A program made the translations under genes and the position numbers. A stretch of 64,000 nucleotides of DNA from Eledone cirrhosa (Eukaryota), in the NCBI GenBank assembly GCA_964016885.1, contig OZ024741.1:106826001-106890000 (forward strand), read 5' to 3'. This document shows, piece after piece, positions 29,395 through 43,044 of this stretch; positions within the stretch are counted from its first letter, which is position 1; each line of letters begins with the position of its first letter. A model generated the notes under the pieces. That model did not search any database and had not been told where the DNA came from. It saw nothing but the letters and a program-made list of their open reading frames with translations.

Positions 29395-30572
29395 ACTCTT
29401 ATTATTCTCTTTTTAATTACCCTTTCTGACTTACTTTCATTTTTATCTTTGTCAATAATTTCATTTATTTTCACTTTTATTTATTTTTACTTCACATTCC
29501 CCCCCCCCCTTTATTCTCCGATCCACTTCCTATTTTCTATTTTTTACTTCCCCTTCTTTTACTTCCCTTTTTCCTCCACTAACTGATTACACGTGTCTTT
29601 TGTGTTTTTCAATCCAGATATTTTCATTTTTATTTTATTTTTGCGCAGCCTATCTTACAATTTTATATTTGTACTTATTTATCCACATTTCAATATGGCT
29701 GAACGCCTTAATGTGTGTATACTTTTTTTATATATGTACATGAGTGACTACGTATGTGCGCGCGCGTGCGTGTGTGTATGTGTGTGTATGTATATGTGTG
29801 TGTGTATGTGTATATGTGTGTGTGTGTACAGGTGTTTGTGTGTGTGTGTGTATGTATATATTATGCGTATGTGTACGTGTCTTTATATCCGTGTTTTTGA
29901 CATCTCGGTTTTATGTTTTGTTCCTTTTTTCTTCTCCCCCCCCCTTCCTTTTTTTACTTACTCAGTTTCATACGTGGGCATGTGAACAGGTTTATATGCG
30001 TGAGTATAGGTATGTGTGTGTGTGTGTGTGTATGTACGTATCGAACGTATGGAAGTGTAAGTGCGCGTGTTTATATAAGCATAATTATTTTTACATTTCT
30101 TTTGTGAGACACGCGTGTCTGTGTATGTATATACCCCCCTTTTTTTGTTTTCTTTAATTTTTTCTTTCTAATTTATCGTTATTATATTTTTATAAATATA
30201 TCGAGACTGACCCTTTTCTTTTAATTATTACACTCCCTTACCTCCTTTCTTTCCGCACCTAAGCGTACGAGTGTCCAGGCGTTTTATGCGCGCGCCTTCA
30301 TATTCGTATATTTACGATGTAACCATTTCTGTTTGTATAATACAGACATATAGATACATTTGCCCTATTTTAGAATTACGCACACTTTCTCACTATACAT
30401 GTACATGTACACATATACATATATGCACATCTGGGAGCGTATATACATACATATACACACACCTAACTATATTTCTTGATAGATTTTTATATATTTCAAT
30501 TTCTATTTCATTTATCTATATCTGTTTTTGATTTTCTTGATGTGTTTTTCTAAGTATTTGCCCATGTTTTAT

Positions 30573-30650
30573 ATTGCCTCGTTTGACGAACGAATGAAGT
30601 CGTTTATTTCGTATTCGCCTCATTCGGGAAACCTCTGGTAATGAGGTAAT
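30573..30650 (+). ncRNA. Hammerhead motif in second pseudo-LTR arm (C3U without G8A, probably impaired)
   Basis: Same as 28441-28518 but TTGACGA. Confidence 0.7.
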
Positions 30651-30672
30651 TATATTGTATTGATTTTTATAC

Positions 30673-30711
<39 letters not shown>

Positions 30712-30717
<6 letters not shown>

Positions 30718-31073
30718 GAATAAACAAGAAAGATGAACACTAATATAAACATACGTGTGTTCGAATCGTAAGGACCAAAATTTGGTAGTGTGAAAAAATA
30801 CTAACTACAGCAATATAGTTTGTTATCCTTGCCCAATATAGGTCTGTTATTTTTCTTAATTTTTCTTAATTTAATATTTAAAGTTAAGGATAACAAACTA
30901 TATTGCTGTAGTTAGTATTTTTTCACCCTAGCAAATTTTGGTCCTTACGATTTGAACACACGTATGTTTATATTAGTGTTCATCTCTCTTGTTTATTCAA
31001 TTATATTGTACGGCTCGGAAAAGCTTTTTCTTAGAGCTATTTAATTTTAAGAGACTACCCTGAGTTCTTAACT

Positions 31074-31077
<4 letters not shown>
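30712..31077. mobile_element. (TA)n-flanked fold-back element with unpaired tail
   Basis: 30712-30830 inverted against 30886-31004; about 70-bp tail, then (TA)n. Confidence 0.8.
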
Positions 31078-31120
<43 letters not shown>

Positions 31121-31124
<4 letters not shown>

Positions 31125-31282
31125 GGAGGTGAGTTTTATTGTAGCACAATAAAGCAATGCAAATATCGGGTAAGTAGCACTCTACAGTTTGAAGGACTGG
31201 AGTATAAATAATATAAGATCAAAAGATGGTTAAAAGAGTTCCAAGTAAAATACTTGGAACTCTTTTAACCATCTTTTGATCT

Positions 31283-31291
<9 letters not shown>
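31121..31291. mobile_element. Family B copy 2
   Basis: Homologous to 27702-27876 with a different hairpin apex. Confidence 0.8.
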
Positions 31292-31347
<56 letters not shown>

Positions 31348-31543
31348 CATATATATATGTGTGGATAGATAGATAGATAGATTGATTTAATGAAAACGTA
31401 ATTTGCTTGCTCACCAAAATAAATATATGTGAAAATTCTACGGCGATGAAGATGACGACGATGAGGATAATGGCGATGGTGAATATTTGCAATATTCTCA
31501 ATAACAATACCAGCTATAATGGGTTACAAGGCTGTTGCGGCTC

Positions 31544-31576
<33 letters not shown>

Positions 31577-31618
31577 ATACTGCTACTGCTGCTGCTACTA
31601 CTACTGCTGCTGCTACTG

Positions 31619-31653
<35 letters not shown>

Positions 31654-31907
31654 GCTGCTACTACTACTGCTGCTGCTACTACTACTACTGCTGCTTCTGC
31701 TACTACTACTACTACTACTAATGTTATAATCGTTGTTACTGTGTTATATCTTTTTTAATTTATCAATTCATTAACTTCGGGGTTCACGCTTTTATTCAAC
31801 TCGGAGGCAACGGGGCAAATGAAACCTCCCAGTCCCTTGTGTCCCTAATTGTAGGCAAGGTGGGTTGGGGTGACGGGTAGTAGTAGTATAGTAGTAGTAG
31901 TAGTAGT

Positions 31908-31940
<33 letters not shown>

Positions 31941-32038
31941 AAGAAGAAGAAGAAGAAGAAGAAGAAGAAGAGGAGCTTCCATCTTATTTCATTTTCAAAA
32001 CATATACACACACAACTACATATATACACATATATGTA

Positions 32039-32130
<92 letters not shown>

Positions 32131-32166
32131 TAATCAAATATATATATATTTATATATATATATATG

Positions 32167-32322
<156 letters not shown>

Positions 32323-32902
32323 AATATATATATATATATATGAGGATACAAAATTATGTGGAGAGGAGTGATGTAGTGATAGAGACATTGGGTTAGTAGA
32401 AAAGAAAGTGTTAAGAATAAGTGAGTACAGCATAGAGGAAGGGTATTCTTCGCATTGGGAGTGTATTGTGCCGACATGACCGGAAACTGTGTGCAGAGGA
32501 CGCTGCCATGCTTGTCTATTTGACATGAAGTTCGTGTATGCCTGTGACTGATGTTGACATCATAGAGTTACGCTCTGGTGCTTGCCATCCCACCTCACAT
32601 GTCACTTTCGTGGCATGGTGTGGCTGAGACAAATGGTAAAACTTGGAGGGAGAAGAGCAGGCTAAGAGATGTAGTGGGAAGAAGATGGAGAATGTGAAGC
32701 AGGTGGTGAGCTAGGGGGGAAAGTAGCCGTTGGGTGGGTTGGAGTTGTTCGAAAGCTGGAAGGGAGAGAAGTGCATGAAGTGAGAGCAGGAGGAAATAGA
32801 GAGATGAATAGGGCAAGAGGGGAAAGAGCAACTCGTACGGGTGCAGAACATTAGAAAATATATAAAGATATATGTATAGATATAATCGTTTTATATATAT
32901 AT

Positions 32903-32964
<62 letters not shown>

Positions 32965-33091
32965 ATGTGTGTGTGTGTGTGTGTGACGAATATCAAGGGT
33001 ACCAATATGAACACTCGATGTACATGGTAAGTTTTTATATCAAGAGTAATGATGAGGTTTCGTTTTCAAGTATTTTTTGGTTGAATCACCA

Positions 33092-33175
33092 GTCTGAAGA
33101 AGAGATCAATACAGGAGTCGGGTCCATAACTTCTATGGGTGACCCTGAGCCAATCATCTGCGAAACACGTGTAAC
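33092..33175 (+). ncRNA. Hammerhead-like motif with long stem II and weak stem I
   Basis: CTGAAGA at 33094; AGAT..ATCT stem with inner hairpin; GAAAC ACGT GTA at 33162-33173. Confidence 0.5.
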
Positions 33176-33789
33176 ATGTCGATACACAATAAAAACCAAA
33201 ATACATTTAAACAAAACTTATATATAAACAGAACTTATATAATGTGTAAGACGTATATTCACAATACAGTTTTATATGTTCATTTTATTTTCTCATCAAA
33301 CGTCATATATATATATACACACACAAATTAACTAACACTCTTTAAATACTGAAAACAATGAAGCTTTACGGACGAAATGATCAATGGAGTGTTTTTATTT
33401 AATTAAAAAATCACTGTAAATGCGAGGGTTTACGCCTGATGTGTCTTTTCAAAGAGAAAACCAGCCTACGACGAAACCTGGAAGTCATGTTTATTCTATT
33501 TAATGTGTTGGCAGTTCTCACATATAGTTGGGAACTGTGACTTGAAATGAAACGAGGCAAAGTGAAACCAATGTTAACATACTCCTTTTTCTAGTTAGTA
33601 TGAACATTTTGGTAGTCTATTGCCAACAATAAGGACGAGAGGAGACAAGTCCTGCAGTAGAAAATTAACTTATATTTGTTAGAAAGTAATTTTGTTCTTT
33701 ATGTTTCATTGTTTATTGTATATTTTAACTATTGTCGTACCTTGCAGGAAACCCATCACAATTAAATAGACAGAAGATATATAAAAGAG

Positions 33790-34276
33790 TGAGGAGATGA
33801 TCAGTGATGCAGCTCTTCTAACCAAGTCGTAGCCAGACCTTGCCATCCATGAAAACTTGGAAAACCTCCCCAGCATGCACTTGAATTCATTACTCAATCT
33901 GAAGGAAGAGTGGCGAAGATCATGGAATGAGTTCAAATTTGCCAACCAAGACCTCGTTGAGGACCCTACATCTAAACCAGCTGGCTTTGTCCTTCATAGG
34001 AAGCAATGGGTGTCCTTTAATCGGATCTGCACAACACATGCCAGGACAACCCACCATCTTCATCGATGGAAAATGAAAAAGAGCACAGAATGTGACTGTG
34101 AGAACCCTGACTAGTCAGTGCTGCATGGTGTTCGGGATTGCCCCCTCCCCCAGATGTTTACCTGGCGACCTGGAGGAAATTTATAATACTTCAAATGACG
34201 CTTTAATCTGGCTCACCAATCTCGATCTGTCTCTCTAACCATTGTGCATATATCATATGACAAGAAGAAGAAGAAA
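33790..34276 (+). mobile_element. 3' fragment of a LINE (Ingi/Vingi-like C-terminus) with (AAG)n tail
   Basis: DPTSKPAGFVLHRKQWVSFNRICT..HRW..ECDC..H..DCP zinc-knuckle pattern; aagaagaagaag at 34262. Confidence 0.6.
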
Positions 34277-34730
34277 GCTAAAAGTTAGGTGAGGAAAGTG
34301 AAGAGAAAGATGTTGAATGATTAGTATCTTCATTCATAATTATTTTCTTTTATTCAACTGAAGAACGTAACAGATTGCACAATAAAGGACTGAAAAACAC
34401 GATCAAACACAAGTTCAATGTGTAAGACGTATATGCACAATACAGTTTTATATGTTCATTTTATTTTCTCATCAAACCTCATGAGAAAATAACATTCAAT
34501 ACTATGTGTGTGTGTGTGTGTACACACACACACACACACGCACATATATATACATATATATATATATATAAGTATATATATATATAGAACATCTTATACA
34601 AATTTAACTGAGGAGTGACAAATTTAATTATGTAGGGAAGATGCAAAAACTTACCTCAACACTTAATTTTAAATCTTTAATTTTTAGTTTTTAATCCTTG
34701 TTAGTTCTTTTTAATTGTAATACTCAACAT

Positions 34731-34768
34731 TTGATAAGATGAATTTTACTAATACATCGAAACCGGTT
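34731..34768 (+). ncRNA. Degenerate minimal hammerhead motif with U3-A8 core
   Basis: TTGATAA-GATG..CATC-GAAACCGGTT; stem I not recoverable. Confidence 0.4.
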
Positions 34769-34923
34769 CTACTTTACATACTTTATATACATTATAAACT
34801 CTTTTTTTAAAAAAGAATTGCCCCTCTCATTTTTTCAATAATGCCACTTTGACGAATCAAAGAAAATGAAAAAGAAAAAAAGAAAAACAGACCCATACAT
34901 TTTCAGAGCTATTTCCAATCACA

Positions 34924-35036
<113 letters not shown>

Positions 35037-35542
35037 TGTAATAAACAACATAAGGCAATTATTCCATTTACCAGTGGTTTCTTAAAAGCAAAAGATTTTG
35101 CTTTCAATCATTAGAATGAAACACTGAGTGTTGCCAACGGTGGCAGTTCAACGGTACATTCCATACCGGCTTGAGGCATAGAACGAAATTTCCTGTTGAT
35201 GACATGAATCCACTGTTCGATCATAGAATACCACAGGCTTACATATTACGTATGTTGGATGGATGATTTCGGATTTCATAGAAACATATCGGACGCATTG
35301 AAAAATATCGTTCGATATGTCCACGTCTAACATGATTAGTTTTTTCGTTGTTTTTGGTATTGTGTGGCTAGGTCTGCCTGCCGCAATTTTCAATTTGTCA
35401 AGCTGTCTCAACGTATGTTATTGCTCTAAGGCCTACTACCTTATTGAGTGCTTTGCTGCTCATTCCTAATTGTAGGTCGTTAGCTTGACCACAGCCAAAG
35501 CTTCTGTTTTACTAAGCTTCCACTTGTTTATATATATATAAA

Positions 35543-35735
35543 ATAATTGTTTCTACTTTTGGCACAAAGCCAGCAATTACCCAGTGTATTACTAGTACTT
35601 TATTTTATCGACCCCGTAAGGATGAAAGGCAAAGTTAAACTTGGCGGGATTTGAACTCAGAATGGCAAGGGCCGTAACTCTATGCGTCAAAGCATGGCGT
35701 TCGACCCTCTACCGATACTGCCAATCCACCGCCCT
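35543..35735 (-). mobile_element. tRNA-derived SINE (related pieces near 13140, 21120, 23920, 36245, 41690, 53630, 59680)
   Basis: Reverse complement of 59680-59869; shared core gagttcaaatc..aactttgcctttcatcc..gtcgataaaataaagtac. Confidence 0.8.
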
Positions 35736-36021
35736 TATTGAAGTCAAATAGGTAAAATTTAGCTTCGTTTATTATAAATTATAGATATACTGCTATATAT
35801 ATTTCGGTGACAGCCATCATTGGTTGTGACCTCTTCAGGCAGTCCGAATTGGTGTGGGAAAGACAGGTACACATGTTGTTGAAGTGTGTTTTACTCCGTC
35901 AATACATCGATATGTCCAGCTCCTGGTTGTGTTGTTATTCTTCTGAGGAACTAGAATCATATGATCATAGAGGGAGTGGAAGAGGTAAATAAAGAGAGAG
36001 AGAGAAAGAAAGAGTGAGAGG

Positions 36022-36054
<33 letters not shown>

Positions 36055-36075
36055 TGAGAGAGTGAGAGAGAGAGT

Positions 36076-36211
<136 letters not shown>

Positions 36212-37085
36212 AACCCTCATCTGATTTGAAAACTATCATTAGATATTTTATCGACCTCAGAAGGATGAAAGGTAAAATTGAACTTAGCAGGATTTGAACT
36301 CAGAAGGTAAAGAGCCGAAGCAAATACTGTTAAGTATTTTCCCTTCATTCTAACGAATCAGCTGCTCTAATCTTGAGCTATTACATGGTAACAGCTCTCT
36401 TGAGGTTGACATTTCTTTTTGTTTGGTCCCATCTCTCTTGCAACTCTCGCACTTGCAATATCTTGGATGGTAATACTTTTCACCCCCAATGTCTTAGATT
36501 GGGGTTACCCCTCCCCCGAAACACCTCTTGTGGTAACAGCTGTTTTGTGTAGAGATACATCTTTTGTGAAACAACACTTCTGTAAAGAGACGATATCTCA
36601 CATGTCTTTACATTCCTTTGGAATGAGGTACATGTAAACTATAAGATACAGTCTTCGGCAGGGCAACAAAATATGTTATATTTCTTTGTATCGTCGTGTT
36701 ACAAACTTAAATCAGCTCTGCAACTCTCTTTCTCTCTTTCATACACACACACACACACACAAATATAAACATACACACGTATGTGTGTGTCACAGTGTGA
36801 GTGTAGGTGAGTTCCTGTATATTTATATAGTGTAACTTAGCTATTCGATAAATAGAATTCAATAAAGTAAGCACTAGACTGAAATACACACGGGGGCGAT
36901 ATGATCTATCAAATCCGTGAAGGTCCCAATAACTGCAAAAGAATATATAAATGCGTGTATGTATTATACAAATATACTTCTCTATTTACGTATTGAGTAC
37001 TTCAGTTAACTATGGTTTCTTACCGAAGCTCTTCGGTAAACCATACTTAATTATACATGCATACAGCTCCGTCCCCCACATGCAT

Positions 37086-37120
<35 letters not shown>

Positions 37121-37125
37121 CATAC

Positions 37126-37222
37126 ATGATTTCATACGAATGAAACAGTTCTAGACCTGTAGAAGTCATTTCTATATATATAAAATGAGATGCCCATACA
37201 CTACCAACTTATTGAGTACCTT
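37126..37222 (+). mobile_element. 5'-truncated family A copy
   Basis: atgatttcatacgaatgaaacagttctagacctgtagaag..tattgagtacc. Confidence 0.65.
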
Positions 37223-37680
37223 TTCTAAAAATATTTTCACCTCCTAATACCCCCCCCCCCCCATATATATATATATATAAAATTACACACACACACACAG
37301 AGATATATATATATGGCTGTATTTTCTGAGTATGTGATATTCTCTTCTATCCTTACTCCTCTCTCTCTCCCCCTCTCCTTCTCTCTCCCTCACTCATTCT
37401 CTCTCTCTTTCTCTCATAAACCTTCCTATATTTTTGTCTTCCATCTATTTCAACCTCTCACTCTCCCCACCTTTCTCTCCGATTGTATGAAAATATTCTC
37501 GGCTTTCGATTCCGAAGCGACATCAGTTAAGTAGCAAAGTGAAAAACTGCATCGTCTGCAGATATCGCCTGCTGACTTGCATCATTTGTATCGATCCATC
37601 CAGCATCATTCTCCATCCTCTCCTTCTCCCTATCTTTTTACTCCACTTCTCTTCTGCAATTTCTCTCTTCACTATACTTA

Positions 37681-38830
37681 CTCCTTCTTCATCCCCTCTC
37701 TCTCATTCTCTCTCTTTAGTCTCCTTCTTCATCCCCTCTCTCTCATTCTTTCTCTTTAATCTCCCTCTTCATCCCCTCTCTCTCGTTCTCTCTCTTTAAT
37801 CTCCTTCTTCATCCCCTCTCTCTCATTCTGTCTCTTTAATCTCCTTCTTCATCCCCTCTCTCTCATTCTCTCTATTTAGTCTCCTTCTTCATCCCCTCTC
37901 TCTCATTCTCTCTCTTTAGTCTCCTTCTTCATCCCCTCTCTCTCATTCTCTCTCTTTAATCTCCCTCTTCATCCCCTCTCTCTCGTTCTCTCTCTTTAAT
38001 CTCCTTCTTCATCCCCTCTCTCTCATTCTCTCTCTTTAATCTCCTTCTTCATCCCCTCTCTCTCATTCTCTCTATTTAGTCTCCTTCTTCATCCCCTCTC
38101 TCTCATTCTCTCTCTTTAGTCTCCTTCTTCATCCCCTCTCTCTCATTCTCTCTCTTTAATCTCCTTCTTCATCCCCCTCTCTCATTCTCTCTCTTTAGTT
38201 TCCTTCTTCATCCCCTCTCTCTCATTCTCTCTCTTTAGTCTCCTTCTTCATCCCCTCTCTCTCATTCTCTCTCTTTAGTCTCCTTCTTCATGCCCTCTCT
38301 CTCATTCTCTCTCTTTAGTCTCCTTCTTCATCCCCTCTCTCTCATTCTCTCTCTTTAGTCTCCTTCTTCATGCCCTCTCTCTCATTCTCTCTCTTTAGTC
38401 TCCTTCTTCATCCCCCTCTCTCATTCTCTCTCTTTAGTTTCCTTCTTCATCCCCTCTCTCTCATTCTCTCTCTTTAGTCTCCTTCTTCATCCCCTCTCTC
38501 TCATTCTCTCTCTTTAGTTTCCTTCTTCATCCCCTCTCTCTCATTCTCTCTCTTTAGTCTCCTTCTTCATCCCCTCTCTCTCATTCTCTCTCTTTAGTCT
38601 CCTTCTTCATGCCCTCTCTCTCATTCTCTCTCTTTAGTCTCCTTCTTCATCCCCTCTCTCTCATTCTCTCTCTTTAGTCTCCTTCTTCATCCCCTCTCTC
38701 TCATTCTCTCTCTTTAGTCTCCTTCTTCATCCCCTCTCTCTCATTCTCTCTCTTTAGTCTCCTTCTTCATGCCCTCTCTCTCATTCTCTCTCTTTAGTCT
38801 CCTTCTTCATGCCCTCTCTCTCATTCTCTC
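37681..38830. repeat. 40-bp pyrimidine-rich minisatellite, about 28 units
   Basis: (ctccttcttcatcccctctctctcattctctctctttagt)n. Confidence 0.95.
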
Positions 38831-39157
38831 AATTACTCTCCTTATTAGTCACCTTCCTTTCTTTTCTCTACCATTCTATTCACATTCCATCTCATCTTAA
38901 CTCTTCTCGCCTTCGACCCCCTTCCCTCTCTCTCTCCCTCCTTCATCTTCTTCTTTCTAATTATACTCACCTATATCGCTCATGTACCCCATCCTACCTA
39001 TTATCAGTTCCTCACTTTCTCTATTTCTTCTTCATCCTCTCTTTCCCTCCCTCACATTCTCTTTCTTTCTCTCCCTCTCCTGCACTCTCTGCTCACCAAT
39101 TTTCTGAAATACAGTAAAAATAAGCAAGAATGCATCAAGAAATAAGCTGTGTTCAAG

Positions 39158-39220
<63 letters not shown>

Positions 39221-39608
39221 AAAGAGAGAGAGAGAAAGAGAGAGCGAGCGCGAGAGATTACAGCTGCACTTCAAAATGCACATGTTGTTACAACACTTAT
39301 TGTTATCGAGCGAGCGTCTATTCGGCAGCATCATATGTTAGAAATAGCAGCCAGATATCTGTCAAATCTTATTCTAATAGCTTCGGAAAAGCTAAGCCCC
39401 ACAAAAAGAACAAGAAAAAACAAAACAAAAACACCAGAAGAACACATGAGATAAAGTAGCCCTAAATAACTTTAGAAAGACGTGATTGCCGTGGTTGGGA
39501 TGGTTTTCATCATAATTTTGATAATCAAACCGATAGGTAGAGAGATATAAACATTATAAATTACATAGACGTTTGCAAAATTCGTATGGTCATACATATG
39601 TATATATG

Positions 39609-39824
<216 letters not shown>

Positions 39825-39825
39825 A

Positions 39826-39856
<31 letters not shown>

Positions 39857-39872
39857 TATATATATATATATA

Positions 39873-40045
39873 TGTTTATCCCCGGTTCAATCGGGCGTAA
39901 CCTCAGTAAGTAAGCCCTGATGATTTATCCCGGATGAAACAGTTCTTGTCCTGTAGAAGCCATTTCTATATTAAATATTTATGCTCTGCTATGTATTGAG
40001 TACCTTACTTACTGAGGTTACGCCCGATTGAACCGGGGATAAACA
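39873..40045 (+). mobile_element. Family A copy with 5' inversion and intact CTGATGA/GAAAC/GTA core
   Basis: 39873-39914 inverted against 40003-40045; CTGATGA 39917, GAAACAG..CTGTA^GAAGC to 39960; 5' strand of stem I replaced by the inversion. Confidence 0.78.
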
Positions 40046-40066
40046 CACACACACATATATATATAT

Positions 40067-41024
40067 ATGAATGAAAATAGACCGAGAAACGGGACTGTCC
40101 ATCATCAGTGGTCTGCTGACTATCATTGGTATTTCTTCGCATTAAAGACTAGATACCTCAAATTCAGTGCGAGAAATAACTAAAATAAGTTATCGGGACA
40201 GAGCGATTTGGATGGGGAAAGTAAACAAACAACATAGTAGTAATGCAACGTAAAGAGAGGAAAAGAGAGACAAGTGAATGATACTTGTGGACTTAAGTCC
40301 GGACAAATAAATTGACGAGAAGAGACAGACACGTCCGAACCACGCGAAAGGTGAGAAAGAAAAGGATTTCACACAGATCAGACGGGAGGAAGTGAGAGAG
40401 GAGGAGTAGCAGAGAGTGAGTAAGTGAAGGTGTGAGGAAGAGGCCAGCCGAGAGAGTGTATGACCAGCAGAGGAGGTGAATGAAAGCAAGAGGTACAAGG
40501 AGAGAGAAGGGGGAGAGAGAAAGAGGATAGCAGTAAGGTGATAGAAAAAAGACAAACCACAGCTAGGGGAAAAAATTATATAGGAATGAAAAAAAAGGCG
40601 TGCTGCGTTGTTGCGAGTGTGATACATATGAATGAAAATTGACCGAGAAACGGGACTGTCCATCATCAGTGGTCTGCTGACTATCATTGGTATTTCTTCG
40701 CATTAAAGACTAGATACCTCAAAATCAGTGCGAGCAAAAACTAAAATAAGTTATTGGGACAGTGCGAATTGGATGGGGAAAGTAAACAAACAACATAGTA
40801 GTAATGCAACGTAAAGAGAGGAAAAGAGAGACAAGTCAATGATACTTGTGGACTTAAGTCCGAACAAATAAATCGACGAGAAGAGGCAGACACGTCCGAA
40901 CCTCGTGAAAAGTGAGAGAGAAAAGGATTCCACAGAGGTCAGACGGGAGGAAGTGAGAGAGGGGGAATAGCAGAGAGTGAGTGAGTGAAGGTGTGAGGAA
41001 GAGGCCAGCCGAGAGAGTGTGTGA
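40067..41024 (-). mobile_element. Partial tandem (about 561-bp period) of a non-coding pseudo-LTR-like unit between (TA)n tracts
   Basis: 40067-40463 matches 40628-41024; minus strand carries GACCA-CTGATGA-TGGACAGTCC in both copies. Confidence 0.6.
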
Positions 41025-41076
41025 TATATATATATAGTATAGCGATTGTAACGTCAAGTACTGTTGGTTCACCAAT

Positions 41077-41116
<40 letters not shown>

Positions 41117-42707
41117 CTACACCGAATAGTACATATGTGGGCTTCAATCAGAACGCCAGTGATAAGAACAGTTACATTTCCTGTTTGTTACTCGATACGC
41201 TATGTCTGAGGTGAAAGCGCATAGTCTAGTGATTAAGGTGGTGAGTTGGATTCTCGGACCAGGTAGTGTATTAGGTTCTTAGGCAAGATCCATTCTTTCA
41301 TGTTATTCCAGACCACTCAGCTCTAGCTAGGGGTAAACGTTAGGACTTATGTCAAAAAGGGTGACTTGTACTCTCAGACGCTTAATATTAATGAGACCGT
41401 AATATGCTCCTGCCTGATGAACTTCTATCCCACATCAGCAATACCTGTATTCTAGATGGAAGGTAATCTGGAGTATCCAGGTTTTTAATCAAGTATTATT
41501 TATAATAATTATTCTAAACAAAACAAAAGAAAAAAAAACAACAAAAAACAAAACAAAAACAAAACATGAACTAATTCTATACAAAACCGTGGAATGACCT
41601 AAGAAGTCAGATATTTCCGACGAGCAACTGGCAAAACACGAAGAGAAAGAGAGACACGATGCAAATAGTTATACCTATTATCTAGACGGCGAATTGCCAG
41701 ACTCGTTAGAACGTCTGAGTTCAAAGCCCACCGACGTCAACTTTGCTTTTCATCCTTTCAAGGTAGATAAATAGAGTTCCATTCTAGTACCGAGGTTGTT
41801 TCTCTCTCCATATCTCTTTCTCGCTTTTTTCCCTATCACTATTTCTCCTTCCTTGGAAGAAATCAGACCTAGAAAGGAGATGGATGTTTGCCAGGTTTTA
41901 AAATAATGTCCAAGAAACGCCGTGTGTCATTAAAATGCCTCTACGACTCCACCAGAAGTTATGGGTCAAAAGAAATATGAATACCTATCATTTGGTTGAT
42001 AGCTATTCAACACTTTAAATAACTTGGTCACTCGATTAAAAAGATGCCAGTTAATCAGCCAGTGCCTTTAACATCAAGTCCCTAGGCTTAAGAACTAGAA
42101 GAAGACCATGCAGAAGGTGGATTAATAAGTGAGTTATAGACGTGATTCGCACCTATAACATAACATTAATAGAGGCACAACCCTTTGCTTCTGATGTCCG
42201 ACTTGATCTACCCGCGACACCTACATTTCCTGTGAGATCGGAAATGAGATGAAATGAAATATTTTTCTAGAGAAATAAACCACAGTGCAAAAGAAAAATA
42301 AACATCTCTGCAAATTTTAGATCTCACAACTCCAGATTACTTATCAATACCAGACCTGCCAACCTCTAAAAATCCAAACGGGGAGTACCATGAAAATAAG
42401 TGCTTAAAAACGGAGAGAAATGAGGCAAAAATGGGGAGATTTTACATAATGAAAGCTATACCCATTTTCACAAGAGAAGACATCTCTCACCCACCCCAAA
42501 GTGGGTGGGAAATCTCCCCGTCTGACGGAGAGAGTTGACAGGTCTCCAATACGTACACACATACGCATACACACACACACACACTCACACATACACACTA
42601 TACATAATACTAAATCTGTATCTAAAACGTAGTTTCCCTGTTCAAGAACAGGGCATTAGATGCTAACGTTTACCTATCTATCTATCTATCTATGGAAATG
42701 CGCACGC

Positions 42708-42811
<104 letters not shown>

Positions 42812-43044
42812 GCACACACACACACACGCGCACACACACACACACACACACACATGCACACACTGGTACACACATGCAGACACTGGCACACACATGTATA
42901 TGAATTTATGAACGCATATATATATACATGTATATATATATATATGTGTCTGTTTGTGCCTATGTATATATGTATGTCTGCATTTACGTAAGTACGTACT
43001 TATATATGTATGTATGCATGTACGTACATATGTATGTATGTATG

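Larger units (their letters stand above)
28339..30676. mobile_element. Penelope-like element (Nematis-like by inference) with about 530-bp inverted pseudo-LTRs and GIY-YIG 3' fragment
   Basis: 28415-28943 is the reverse complement of 30148-30676; extra tail 28339-28414; (TA)n on both sides; HHR in each arm. Confidence 0.88.

Noticed and set aside
33437-33490. Hammerhead-like CTGATGT..GAAAC..GTC
   Set aside because: A9 is substituted, and stems I and III do not pair convincingly
35148-35411. Mariner transposase fragment
   Set aside because: Only vague resemblance to the HPPYSPD region; no TIRs found
37681-38830. CRISPR-like array
   Set aside because: Contiguous 40-bp units with no unique spacers; eukaryotic context
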